DNA of 64,000 bases, from positions 22,446,001 through 22,510,000 of the forward strand of contig NW_024704742.1 in NCBI RefSeq assembly GCF_018977255.1. Reading direction: 5' to 3'. Positions within the stretch are counted from its first letter, which is position 1, and each line of letters starts with the position of its first letter. Below the pieces are notes generated by a model. The model saw only the letters and a program-made list of their open reading frames with translations, did not search any database and was not told the DNA's origin. Source of the DNA: Callorhinchus milii. Lineage: Eukaryota. This document shows, in pieces, positions 52,955 to 64,000 of the stretch. Both the position numbers and the translations under genes were made by a program.

Positions 52955-54114
52955 GACTGAATCATTGCATTTGATATAGTGCCTTATCACTTTTGAAACA
53001 TCCCAAGGCGCTTCACAAGATACACTATAAAGTATGTGTTTGATGGCACAAGATTTGTAGGTTTCTGATTCAATAGATACAATTATTCCCATATGACTGC
53101 AATTCTTAAGAGCAATGCTTGGTACAACTTGTGATAACCAACATATAATGTTGCTTTGGGGACTCAGTTCTGATCAATGCCTATTAACTGGATTAGTTCA
53201 CGTTTTGCTATGAATTTTTCTTCACAAAATTGCATGTGTTTGTGCATAGAAAAGTACACTGAAGTGCCTATATATACACAGTGACCCCACTTCACAAGAA
53301 TAAACACTTCCTGGTGTCTGCCATAAAATTACCCATCACTAATGAGTTAGATCACTCATTGCCTCCCTTCTCCCCATCATGCGTAAGTTAGGATAAGGCT
53401 GCATCGAGAAGAAGTTGTCTAAAAGATGGTACTTTGGCTTTATTTCCTTTAGTTTGGATGGTTTTGAAATAAAGCAAACAAGAAAAGTATCCAAATGGGC
53501 CCTTCATTTTAAACTGTCAGCGGGTCATAATCATTGCCAGAAATAAGTGATTATTTCACCATGAAATAAACAAGATTGGGCAGAAGATAATTTTTTTACG
53601 GAGCTGTTATATGGGAAAGGCAGAAACCTGTACTGGAAAAAAAGTGTTCACAGACATTTAAATATCGACAAGTGGTTCCTCCAACAAAATGCCAGCTAAT
53701 TTCAGACGGGTGTTCAATATTCTCAAGTCAGTCAGGGAATGCTTTCAATGTTACCATCTGCAGTTTCCTTTGTAATGTTGCAAGCTAAAAGTTTCTTATA
53801 TATAATATATACAAATGGGTACGGCATCCATGGGCTTTTCATGTCTTTCCTGAGTGATGGATCATGTCTTTCCTAACAGATGGATCATACAGGTAAGATG
53901 TCAGGAGTAACTTGTCTAGAGAGAAAGCTCAGGCGAGATAATAATAATAATAATCATAATAATAATTGTTATATTAGATATAACACCTTTCACATCAGGA
54001 GGATGTCTCAAAGTGCTTCAAAGATACATTGTAAATGTAGAGACTGTATTTTTAGGTGAATGCGACATACAATTTCACATGGCTATGTCCCACAAGCAGC
54101 CATTAAGTGAAAAT

Positions 54115-54470
54115 CATATTCAAGATCTTAAAAGGCATGGATAAACTGAAGCCTTATGATATACTTAACATGGTCAACAAATAGTGAATAAAGGGACAGG
54201 AACTTAAGCTCAGATTCAAGAACTTTACTCAGAAAATGGTGACTGTGAAATGGATAATACAGGGAGATTGAGGAGTCAGGTTATGTCAGCAAATTCAAGG
54301 ACGAATTACAGCTATTCAGCAAAAAATTCAATCGAGTATTAGAAATACGTAAAGTGGGATTACAGCATTTATTATTTGTTACATTCTATTTATTGGTTTT
54401 GTTGTTAGTTTTGGACTGGCTAGTGGACCGCAGTGATTTTTTTCTGTTCCTGTGCATCTCTATGTTCCCT
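54115..54470 (+). mobile_element. Old CR1 3' fragment
   Basis: IFKILKGMDKL-like reading and terminal GGACTGGCTAGTGGACCG...CTCTATGTTC. Confidence 0.5.
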
Positions 54471-54639
54471 CTCAAGCTGAAGTAGCAGAGGTTTCACAGC
54501 TTGGTGTTTTCTGTAATTATGGTAGCCAACAGCATCACTGAAAGAAACTTTGTTATGGGATCCAGTAGGTTAGAGGTGTCTTGGTTTAGTTTCAGCCTGG
54601 ATTGTTGAGGCTGCCCTTCCTCATGTATTATATGCTGCA

Positions 54640-54836
54640 ATCCTTGCCTCCTTCAAGGCCCGTCTCAAGACCTTTCTTTACAACTGCGCCTTTGGTCAAC
54701 TTCCCACTAATACCACCCTTACCCTCTACCTCTCTTGACTGCAGCCCACAGTTTAGGTGCAACCTCTTGACTGTCAAGCACCTTGGGACATCCTCCTGAC
54801 ATGAAAGGTGTTATCTAAATACAATTTTTTGTTGTT
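54640..54836 (+). mobile_element. L2 LINE 3' fragment
   Basis: CCTCCTTCAAGGCCCGTCTCAAGACCTTTC, stem-loop and TTG tail. Confidence 0.75.
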
Positions 54837-55131
54837 AGGCTAACACTTTGTCAAATTCACAAATTCACTGATTCATAAAAGGTATATCTCAGAAAAATGC
54901 ATCAGATCCATCCAGTCCAGCTGGTGTTTACACGAGTGTTAACAAGAACTGTATCAACCTTGTTCCACCAGTGTATTAGATATTGACAGATCTTTGAATC
55001 CCAATGCTTCTCATCTGCATAATGGATACCATTTGCCCCCTCATCTGTATTGGGACTCAGATGCAGAACTTAACTCTTTGTTTATTATGTTTTACGCTGA
55101 TAAACAAGGGCTGTACAAAAAGCCGAGAAAT

Positions 55132-55850
55132 AACAACAACAACAACAACAAGATTCCATTTATAAAGCGCCTTTCACGTCAGGAGGACGTCCCAAGGCGC
55201 TGCACAGTTGGGTCAGGACCCGAGCAGGGGGAAATGGTCAGGGTGAGGGGAGGGAAGGGAGGGAGCGAGGAGGGGGGAAATGGTCAGGGTGAGGGGAGGG
55301 AAAGGAGGGAGCGAGGAGGGGGAAGAGAGTCGAGAGGGGAGCTGAAGGCTCGGTCAAAGAGAAAGGTTTTGAAACCGGCCTTGAAGGAGGAAAGGGAGGA
55401 GGCGGCGAAGGCACTGGGGGATGGAGTTCCAGAGCCTGGGGGCTGAGAGACTGAAGGCCCGGCCACCGATGGTAGGGCGATTGGGGCGGGGGACGTGGAG
55501 CAGACCGGAGCCGGAGGAACGGAGGGTACGGGCAGGTAGGTAGGGGGATAGTAGGTCAGAGAGGTAGGAGGGAGCAAGGCCGTGGATGGCCTTATAGGTG
55601 AGGATGAGGATCTTGAAATCAATCCTCTGGGGGATGGGGAGCCAGTGGAGGCGAGCGAGGGTGGGAGTGATGTGATCCCGAAGCCTGGTGCGGGACAGTA
55701 CACGAGCTGCAGAGTTCTGAATGACCTGCAGCTTGTGGAGGGAGGTGCCGGGAAGGCCGGCGAGGAGAGAGTTCCCATAGTCCAGCCTTGAGGTGACGAA
55801 GGCGTGGACCAGGGTTTCAGCAGCGTGAGGGGTGAGGTAGTGAAAGAATC
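55132..55850 (-). mobile_element. Young L2 3' fragment (type-2), ORF2 C-terminus largely open, 46-bp 3'UTR duplication
   Basis: ORF 55354..55854 [20 protein letters not shown]...[15 protein letters not shown]; CpG-rich; (AAC)n on the plus strand. Confidence 0.95.
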
Positions 55851-56289
55851 TCATGTGTGTAACAATAGCAAGAAATCATGTGTGTCACCCATGGGGTTCA
55901 GATGCAGAAATAAAATTGGATTATAATGTCGGTGAAAAGATTTAGTTGTGTGCATTAGCACATACAGTCTGCCAGTTTGGAGATTTAGTGCAGGTTAAGT
56001 ACATGCATGGCTGGTGTTTTTATGTCTTTACGTACAACTCTCCTTCCTCATGGTCATTGATGGTTCCTCATAGTCATTGATGATTTTTGTTAGCTTTGAA
56101 AGAAATACAATAAATTTTGTGTCTAACTCACATTAGATTTCTTGATTCTCAGGCTTTTTGTGGAGCCCTTGTTTATTATCATAGAACATAATAAACAATG
56201 ATTTAATACGATTTTCCAGCAACAGCCACCAACTTCAACCAAGCATTTTAACAAAAAAAAACACAGTTGTGCCACTTTCTCCTCCGCTA

Positions 56290-56540
56290 GGATGAGAGGC
56301 CTCAGTGTGGGAGGTCCTCTCCTCCACCCTCGTCTGCCAGTTGTTCATGATCTTGTCTTTGGTTGTCTTCTTGACATCAGTGACCTGCTGTCTTGACACA
56401 ATGCCAGGCTCTCTTATTGTGAGAGCCTGTATTCCGCAACCTCTTCCCAGACTGTTCAGTGCATTCTGAGTTTGGGGAGTTGTGCTGTACTCCCACAGTT
56501 GGAGCTCCACCTCCACAGCATTTCCTCTGGGACATTTGCT
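56290..56540 (-). pseudogene. Decayed Myb/SANT-like ORF of a PIF/Harbinger transposon
   Basis: Across frameshifts on the minus strand: VWEEVAE (56432-56452), DVKKTTKDKIMNN (56340-56378), GGG (56320-56328), in the order typical of Harbinger Myb/SANT-like proteins. Confidence 0.55.
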
Positions 56541-56963
56541 TCCTACATCTTGGCATCCTGATTGTCTTATGCTTTGTTTATACTGCTGGAAACCTGATTT
56601 ATATTTCTCACTCACTCATCATCGCAGTGGTCGGGACTCTTAAGCCTACAAGATCTGCTCTATCAAATCTTCCTGATGAGGCAGGCTGGGTCGGTAGTCC
56701 ATTTTCAACAGTGCACTGTTGCACTGTGGTGTACTGTGGACCTACTCCGAAACGGGACAGAAGATCAACACACCTTGGATGTCTATTTAGTCATAAGACA
56801 TCTAACAGAAATAAGTTGCTAAGTGGACAGCAGGTTCTAGGAACTTTGTGTGAGCCATTGGTTAATTAGCACAAATCAGCATGAAAGCTTTGCCACTGAA
56901 ACAGCGAAACCACTACAGTATACACGAAAATAAATCATCACTAAATAAATAAATGTAACAAGC

Positions 56964-57093
56964 AAAAAAAGAATCCTTATCTGTGAGCGCGGGAAGGGAC
57001 TGGGTTATGTGCGTGCATGTGCCAGCCTCGTGAGAATGTTCTTGCAAGGCTGAGTCAAGCTGCTTCCCACTCTCACAGATCAGGTTGTTTTTT
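56964..57093. mobile_element. Hairpin / MITE-like element
   Basis: AAAAAAAGAATCCTTATCTGTGAGCGCGGGAAG vs CTTCCCACTCTCACAGATCAGGTTGTTTTTT; inner CAGCCT...AGGCTG hairpin. Confidence 0.6.
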
Positions 57094-58448
57094 ATTGCGC
57101 CCCACTTTATTCTGAACCATTTGAATGTATTTTAATGTGGGCCTTCCACAAAAATACGTGAAAAGTTAAGAAAATCAGGCCATCTGCAAAAAGTTTGACT
57201 GCGAAAATATTTTCCTATATACAGTATTCAATTTGTGAGAGTAGAATTTGCCTTTAGCAACTATTTGTAAAATAAATTGTTGTCTTGCAAGCTAACAATT
57301 CCAAATGACTCAGCACCTTCGGTGTGAAAGACACACACAACACTGTGGTGGAAGCAGGCATTTTGCATGAAGGATCGTTCACAATGTAGATACACCTCAA
57401 TGGGAAGCTTCTTCTTCTGCAGATGTTGAAACATGCTGGAACATCACATGCAATCGGAAAGAAAACATTTGCATAGCAGGAAGCACGTAATTGAAGCTAA
57501 TTTGAAAAGGATGTAATGACCTGCTTTTGCCGGACATTTTGAACTCATGTCCAAAGGGGTTCTTTGTAATTGCTTCCTTGTGCAAAATCATTACAGGCCT
57601 GCTAAAGGAGCTGCGTGCCTTTGATGTCAGTGTTCTTGTTTCTGGGTGACCATATTGTCTGATAATGGTGGTGAAACGATAGAGACAATATGCGGTCTAT
57701 TATAGCCTACCACAGGAGTTTGATTTACAAAACATACTGAGTAACATTTAACTTGCTAGGTAATATGTAAAGACGTGAACCAATACAGCTTGCTTACATG
57801 TGTTAATCTTGGAAGCTGCTTTGCAGGGACGTTGGCAGTAGCCTTTGCAATAATATGAGATCTGATTATTTCTGATATACCATGTTCAATGCCAAAGTCA
57901 ACAAGGCATTTTTCATTTTCTCTTTTTGGCTCGGAGAAGTAGATGTGTGTAATCAAAGGTTTGTGTTTATCTAGATCTGTAGTACTTAGCTTTAATCGTG
58001 CCAGGAGAGAGCAGGGTTTGATGGAGCCGAAATTGAGCTCTTTACTGTTCATTATTTCTGCAGTAATGCACAGCCAATTGAAATGCGTGCCAAGTTATAG
58101 ATTGAAAGGCTCTGTATAAGGTCATCTCATGGGATTATGAGCAAAGATACTGTACGTTTAAAAAGCAAGCAGCCAGAAGGAGGGGAAAAAAGCAATCATT
58201 TTTTCTTTAATAGTTGTTTTGAAAAGTTCTTAACAAAATACCATTTGGTATAAATCAGTTGTAAAACATCTTTTAATGGCACAATGCAAAAAGATCTATG
58301 GGAAAGATCAATGGAAGTTCAAGTGGATCAAATTCAGCACAGATGCACACTACTAATTAAACAGGACCCCGCTGAAAGCAACTTGTAGCAGGAAGGAGTT
58401 CACTTGCATTGAAAAAGTACAGCAGTACTGCTTTTGTCGTCAGTGAAG

Positions 58449-58913
58449 GATTGCCACATGTATGAGTCTATCACCTCCTGCACCCTATCAACCCCCACAC
58501 CCTATGAACCACTGCAACCTCAGGATGTGAGCAACAGTGTAGAAGATGAATTGTTTTCAATGTTGTTCTTTGTAGCTAGTTCCAAAGCAGAAAGCATCAC
58601 GTAGGCTCCATGCTATGTCCGAAGAACAGGCCTCACCAAATTGGCCAGCTCCCATTTCTTTTTTTAGCTTTCAGCAGGTGAAGGCACTTTAGACATTCCT
58701 TCTCTGTCATGACCTTGATTGTGCACCTTCACTGTACAGTATATTTTGGTACCAGGCCTAACAGGAAGATGTAAGTGCTTCTGGTGCTGCATCAGTCTTC
58801 ATCATGTCTTCACTTCAACCTCTGCCTCACAGTGATGTATCTCCCTGTGAGGGTTATAGATTCGCCCAGTTCCTCCTCATGGTCCAACACCACAGCTAGA
58901 GCTACTGTGAAAT
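58449..58913 (-). pseudogene. Decayed PIF/Harbinger DDE transposase, N-terminal part, internally deleted
   Basis: Minus strand: RCTIKVMTEKECLKCLHL (MTEKECLKCLHL at 58675-58710), WELANLVRPVL, then RVQEVID+(frameshift)IHVAI (58449-58486), matching the Harbinger/HARBI1 GxIDCTH(V/I)xI first catalytic Asp motif. Confidence 0.7.
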
Positions 58914-58914
58914 C

Positions 58915-59086
58915 CCAGAACATACTGTACAGATGAAGGTGCACATTCAAGGACATAACAGAGGAACATTGTCTGAGGTGTAAGGTGCCTTCACCTACCG
59001 AAACCTAAAGAAATGGAAGCTGGCCAATATAGTGAAGCCAACTCTTCAGAGTGGGGCCCGCATACTGTTGTCTGCTTTGGAACTAG
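58915..59086 (+). pseudogene. Inverted duplicate of the Harbinger transposase N-terminal coding segment
   Basis: Reverse complement aligns with 58576-58749; translates ILYR*RCTFKDITEEHCLRC and WKLANIVKPTLQSGARILLSALEL. Confidence 0.7.
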
Positions 59087-59332
59087 ATAGTAAGTTATTT
59101 TAAACTGAGGCATTGGTGTGGTTTGAAAAAAATGATATGGGTAAAATTATATAACATGTCATCCAAAGGACAGCACCTCTGAAAGTGCAGCACACAACCT
59201 TCTGACTCAGAGGTGAGAGTGCTATCAAATGATTCAAGCTGACACCTTAACATGAGTTTGTACAACAACAGCAGTGTGGCCAACAATGTAAACGGCAGCA
59301 GAAGTTACAAACACTGCTTGAGGAAGTCAACT

Positions 59333-59664
59333 GTGGAGTCCTGTAGCTCATTGGTTAGAGCACTCGCTTTGCAAGTGAGAGACCTGAGTTCAATCCCAGG
59401 CAGGTCAGGGCGAAACCTTGGGCAAGTTTCCTTACTCCACACAGAGCCTAATAATAATCCCTCCAAAACCAAAAACAATAATAAATTGGTCATTTTCAAT
59501 CTACGACTGTTTGTGGGACATTGCTGTGCGCAATTGGCTGCCGCGTTAGCCCATAAATATACAGTCAATTCACTTTACAGTGTGTTCTGTGAAGCGCTTT
59601 GGGACGTCCTCCCGACGTGAAAAACGCCATATCAAATGCAAGGATTATTATTATTATTATTATT
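59333..59664 (+). mobile_element. tRNA-Ala-like-headed SINE, full length, young
   Basis: Head with CAGGT insertion, body, CTCCC-loop tail, (ATT)n. Confidence 0.95.
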
Positions 59665-60324
59665 AACTATGACATTTTAATTGGGGTTCATGGAACAGAG
59701 GGCTAATAGAATCCAGAATGAGCTCTCCACTTTAGAGACAGAAATAGAAAGTCAATTTGATCCAAATACAGATCAGTTCCTCTGGAACCAGGAGAATTAG
59801 CTGCTGAAATTTGTTTTATCTCTTTCACCAACAATTATGCTCGGTATATTTAGAAAATTAAGGAATACATCTGTTCCTTGTTCAATCAAACTGCTGCACT
59901 TTCCAACAAGTGCCTGATGTGTGGTTCAAAAAGAGGGAATTCTATCCAAATCTATGGCCTCTGTTGAATTTGTATCATTCATGTTGAGGGCAGACACTCC
60001 AGTCATCGCAACGCTAAATTAATATTAAAGTAGTACTTCACAATGAAACCCAGATGGGCCACGAGAGAGTTTTTTGGGTTCTGCACATTCCTATGCTTTT
60101 GTATCATAGGTGATGTGGTCTGCTTACAGGAACTTCAGTCTAGCTGGTATCCAAAGAGGAATTGCTCCAAGCAAGCCCTTAATTGTAAGAAAGAGGCATG
60201 ACTGTCCTCTGACATGCTATCTATCTTCATTTCTGTTGCATCATGTGTAGGGTTCGTGGATTTTTGTTCTGATTTTCATCGTATAATATTACCGATTATC
60301 TTTTTTAAATAAACTTTTTATTGA

Positions 60325-60672
60325 TGGAGTCCCGTAGCAATTGAGAGGATCCGGGTTTGATTCTCAAGCAGGGCAACACCTTAGGCATGTTTCCTTACTC
60401 CACATGCCACTGTTTACCTAGCAGCAAATAGGAACCCAGTTGTTAGTTGATTGGTGGATCACTTTCGGAGGGCAATAATCCCTCAAAAAAAAGTTGGTCG
60501 CTCAATCCATGACTGTTTGTGGGACACTGCTGTGTTCAACTGACTGCCATGTTTTGCCTCCAAAGTACACAGCCAATCCACTTTATAGTATATTCTGTGA
60601 AGCGCCTTGAGACATCTAGAAGACGTGAAAAGCGCTATATCAAATGCAAGGATTATTATTATTATTATTATT
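60325..60672 (+). mobile_element. tRNA-headed SINE, longer variant
   Basis: TGGAGTCCCGTAGC head with a deletion, extra TGTTTACCTAGCAGCAAATAGGAACC segment, tail. Confidence 0.85.
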
Positions 60673-61097
60673 ACAAATCAGAGCCAAATTGACAATTGTA
60701 ATGAAACCTGGTAATGAAACAGCAAAAGTACTGATTTCAGACATCCGTTGTGAACTACTCATTTTAGGCACCCCCTCCACCTTGGTCACCTTTGACCTCC
60801 ACAACACCCATTTCTGAGGTTCCAGCCACATTTAAAAAAAAATTCTTGAATCATCACCCTCCTGCCTCATATAACAAATCTATTTCCACTAATGAAAATT
60901 TAGTTCCGCTGTATTGGGTTGCAAATCCACAGGGAATGCTCATACGATACCAAATATGAGCATGTAAACGGAAATCACAAGTCTTACTCTGACACAATAA
61001 CAACAACTTGCATTGATATAGCGTCCTTCACCCAGGGTAGGGACCCAGAGCGCTATTAAGAAGTACACCGTTAAGAAGTATTAAGAAGGTACTGGCA

Positions 61098-61450
61098 CCT
61101 CCCTACCTCAGGCACCTCCCTACCTCTCTGACCTCCTCCCTCCCCAATCCACCCCCTGGTGACCCCCCCCCCCACCCCCCAGCTCGACTGGCACTGGCCT
61201 CCTGCTCATCCCTCGCACCCTCCGCCCCACCATCGAAGGTTGTGCTTTCGCCCCGAAACTCTGGAACACTCTCCCTTAATTCCTCCGCCTTGCCCTCTCT
61301 CTTCCCTTTTTCAAGTCCCACCTGAAAACCTTCCTCTTCGACCGTGCCTATGGCCACCTCCCCTCAACACCCCCACCTGGCACGGAGTCAGGCTCCACCA
61401 CTGTTAAGCACTCTGAGACGCTACCGTGCGTGCAAGTTGTTGTTGTTGTT
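61098..61450 (+). mobile_element. L2 3' fragment (type-1) flanked by a ~25-bp direct repeat
   Basis: FKSHLKTFLFDRAY and (TTG)n; repeats at 61058-61082 and 61453-61477. Confidence 0.85.
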
Positions 61451-61465
61451 GGAAGAAGCACACCA

Positions 61466-61580
61466 TTAAGAAGTATTTCTTTACACAGAGGATAATTAAC
61501 AGCTGGAACAGGTTACTGAGAAGTTTGATATAGACCAGGGGCACTGAACTCACTTCAGAAACAGCTTGATGCTGTAAACA
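61466..61580 (+). mobile_element. CR1 3' coding fragment
   Basis: KKYFFTQRIINSWNRL matches the CR1 ORF2 C-terminal motif. Confidence 0.65.
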
Positions 61581-62146
61581 GTAAGATTGATATTCTCTCT
61601 GAAAGACCTAATATTTTCTGAGACATATTCAAAGTAAGGGGCATTTACTGAAATACAATAAGTTGTCTTTTTGCTGTAAAAATAGTATTGGGCAAAATCC
61701 TCTTTCTCTTTGTTATCTATTGTTCTTCGTTAGCTCTTGCAGTCAGCTTCAAAGGATAATAGTAAAGGCAAAGAGAAAGCACCTCAAAAGACCAACTAAA
61801 TAATATTGCGGTCAATAAACTTGCTGCTAAATAGTTATACAAGCTTTCTGTAAGGTTTACTTGCTCGTTACCAGCAAAGATACACTTGATGGCAATTATC
61901 TGTGGAATGGTTTGAGATGTGTCAATGTTTTAGGCTATACTCATTAAACAAAAGCTCGAAACTATTACGGTACGATGGAAGGGTGGATTCTGGAAGGATG
62001 AGATCAAATAGGCCGAAGAGTCTTTTTCCATCTGAACTGATCTTGTGATCTTGTGATCAAATGCCAGGATTCCTATTATCGTTTCTGTCTTGACTCACAA
62101 TTGCCGTATAATACTACCAATCGGCAGCAATGTGCTGTGACGTTCC

Positions 62147-62256
62147 ATATTTCCCTTAACACAATGAAACAGGTGTGGGAATGTTATTATGTGTAAAATG
62201 GCCATTTTACACATAATAACATTCCCACACGTGTTTCGTTGGGTTAAGGGGAATAT
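62147..62256. repeat. Spacer-less near-perfect palindrome (55-bp arms)
   Basis: Centre between 62201 and 62202 (AAAATGG|CCATTTT); inner 29 pairs perfect, 4 mismatches in 55. Confidence 0.95.
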
Positions 62257-62789
62257 TCCTCCAGTTTACGCCATAATTGACTGATTTAGAAGCAGCACTG
62301 AAGCAGATTTCTGCAAGCAGTTGAAATGCTGCTTAAAACCTGATGCCCATGAGTCGCTACCACTTTCTAAAATGTGTTTTTATTAAGCTTGTAAGTCTTG
62401 TTACTATTTGCAGCTATAAAAGCAAGACACACAGGGGAGTGGGGCGAGGGGGGGCTAATTCAAAACCAGATGGGAAGCATTAATTGGGACTTGCAAAAGC
62501 CATCAGAATTGCAAAACAGCTAATTACAATTTCCAAACATGAGGAAAAAAGGACCATCAAAACACAGACACAGTGGTTTGCTCTCGGGCCTTTTTTATTG
62601 GCACTTTGGTGATTTTCGAAAATGGGTTTTTATAAATCTCACAAATTGGATGTCTTTGGAAAATGGGATACAATGACTCTTGTTTGTAAACATGGCTCAA
62701 TAGATCCTCACATTGTTTGACTCGGCTTTAATTGCTCCTGTCCTTTGCACAATGACTTCAAGAAGAATATGTTTTATTCTGTTTCGCTG

Positions 62790-64000
62790 TTTCCTCTCCT
62801 CCCACTCCCTCCATGAACCCCTCCAATCGGGTTTCCGTGCCGCCCACAGCACGGAAACTGCTCTGGTCAAGGTCACAAATGATATCCCAACCATGTGTGA
62901 CCAGGGATCTCTCTGCCTCCTCGTCCTCCTCGATCTCTCTGCCACCTTTGATACTGTGGACCACTCAATCCTCTCCATGGCCCCTCCTCCCACCTCAACC
63001 TTCAAGGTTCTGTCCTTCACTGGTTCAGGTCCTACCTTTCACACCACCTCCACTTTGTCTCAGCAAATGGCTTCTCCTCCAACCCCCTTACCGTCTCATG
63101 CAGTGTTCTTCAGGGCTCTGTCCTCGGTCCCCCCCTCTTCACCCTCTACATGCTCCCCCTTGATGACATCATCCACAGACACAGGGTAAACTTCCACATG
63201 TATGCAGATGACACCCAACTCTATCTCTCTGCCTCCATCCTCAACTCCAGGATTACTGGCGTCCTGACCGACTGCCTGTCCGACATCAAGTCCTGGACGA
63301 GGGACAACTTTCTCCAACTGAACGTCAGCAAGACCGAGGCCCTCCTGATTGGCTCGCGCCAGCACCTCCGCACCTCGGGCACTGGCAGCATCAGCCTCCA
63401 CGGCTGCAAACTCAACCTCGCTAAGCCAGTCAGGAACCTGGGTGTCTCGTTTGATCCTGAACTGTCCTTTCTCCCCCACATCCACGCCATGACTGGCACT
63501 GCCTACCACCACCTCTGCAACATTGCCAGACTCTGCCATTGCCTCACCCCTCAGGGTGCCGAAACCCTCACCCACGCATTCGTCACATCAAGGCTCGATT
63601 ATGGAAACTCCCTCCTCATTGGCTTTCCCAACTCTTCCCTTCACAAACTGCAGGTCATCCAAAACTCTGCAGTTCGTGTACTCTCACGCACCAGGCTCCG
63701 TGACCCCATCACTCCCACCCTCGCCCGACTCCACTGGCTCCCCATCCCTCAGAGGATCAAATTCAAGATCCTCTTCCTCACTTTCAAGGCCATCCATGGC
63801 CTTGTCCCCTCCTACCTCTCTGATCTGCTGACTCCCTACCAACCTGCCCACTCCCTCCGTTCAGTGGCCTCTGTTCTGCTCCATGTCTCCCGCCCGACCC
63901 GCCCTACCATTGGTAGCCGGGCTTTCAGTCTCTTTGCCCCCACACTCTGGAACTCCATCCCACAGTCCCTTCGCCCTTGCTTCCTCCCTTGCCTCCTTCA
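62790..64000 (+). mobile_element. L2 LINE RT-region fragment, disrupted, running off the window end
   Basis: [59 protein letters not shown] with several frameshifts. Confidence 0.93.

Noticed and set aside
54994..55791. Gly/Glu/Arg-rich plus-strand ORFs (same pattern on the minus strand at 13697-14034)
   Set aside because: Antisense readings of the C-rich L2 3' region

Overview
This is eukaryotic, AT-rich, largely non-coding vertebrate DNA. The repeat content suggests a cartilaginous fish, probably a chimaera or elephant-shark-like holocephalan (inference from repeat families): 5'-truncated L2 LINEs with (TTG)n tails, CR1 3' ends, Deu-domain SacSINE1-like SINEs and a young tRNA-Ala-headed SINE with (ATT)n tails. 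I recognise no intact host protein-coding gene, and there is no prokaryotic system or CRISPR array. The ORF track is explained by L2 reverse-transcriptase remnants, antisense readings of repeats and chance ORFs. Notable structure beyond the SINEs and LINEs: (i) a decayed PIF/Harbinger locus at about 56.3-59.1 kb, with a Myb/SANT-like relic and a DDE transposase relic whose N-terminal coding part is duplicated in inverted orientation as a ~510-bp fold-back; (ii) a shared SINE/L2 3' stem-loop with a compensatory base pair and mosaic SINE haplotypes; (iii) several palindromic MITE-like elements, including a spacer-less 110-bp palindrome and a ~1.4-kb element with ~120-bp inverted ends; (iv) two same-orientation CTCF-like motifs; (v) repeat-free, enhancer-like stretches and a chain of candidate plus-strand exons. 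Repeat boundaries were read by eye and are approximate.
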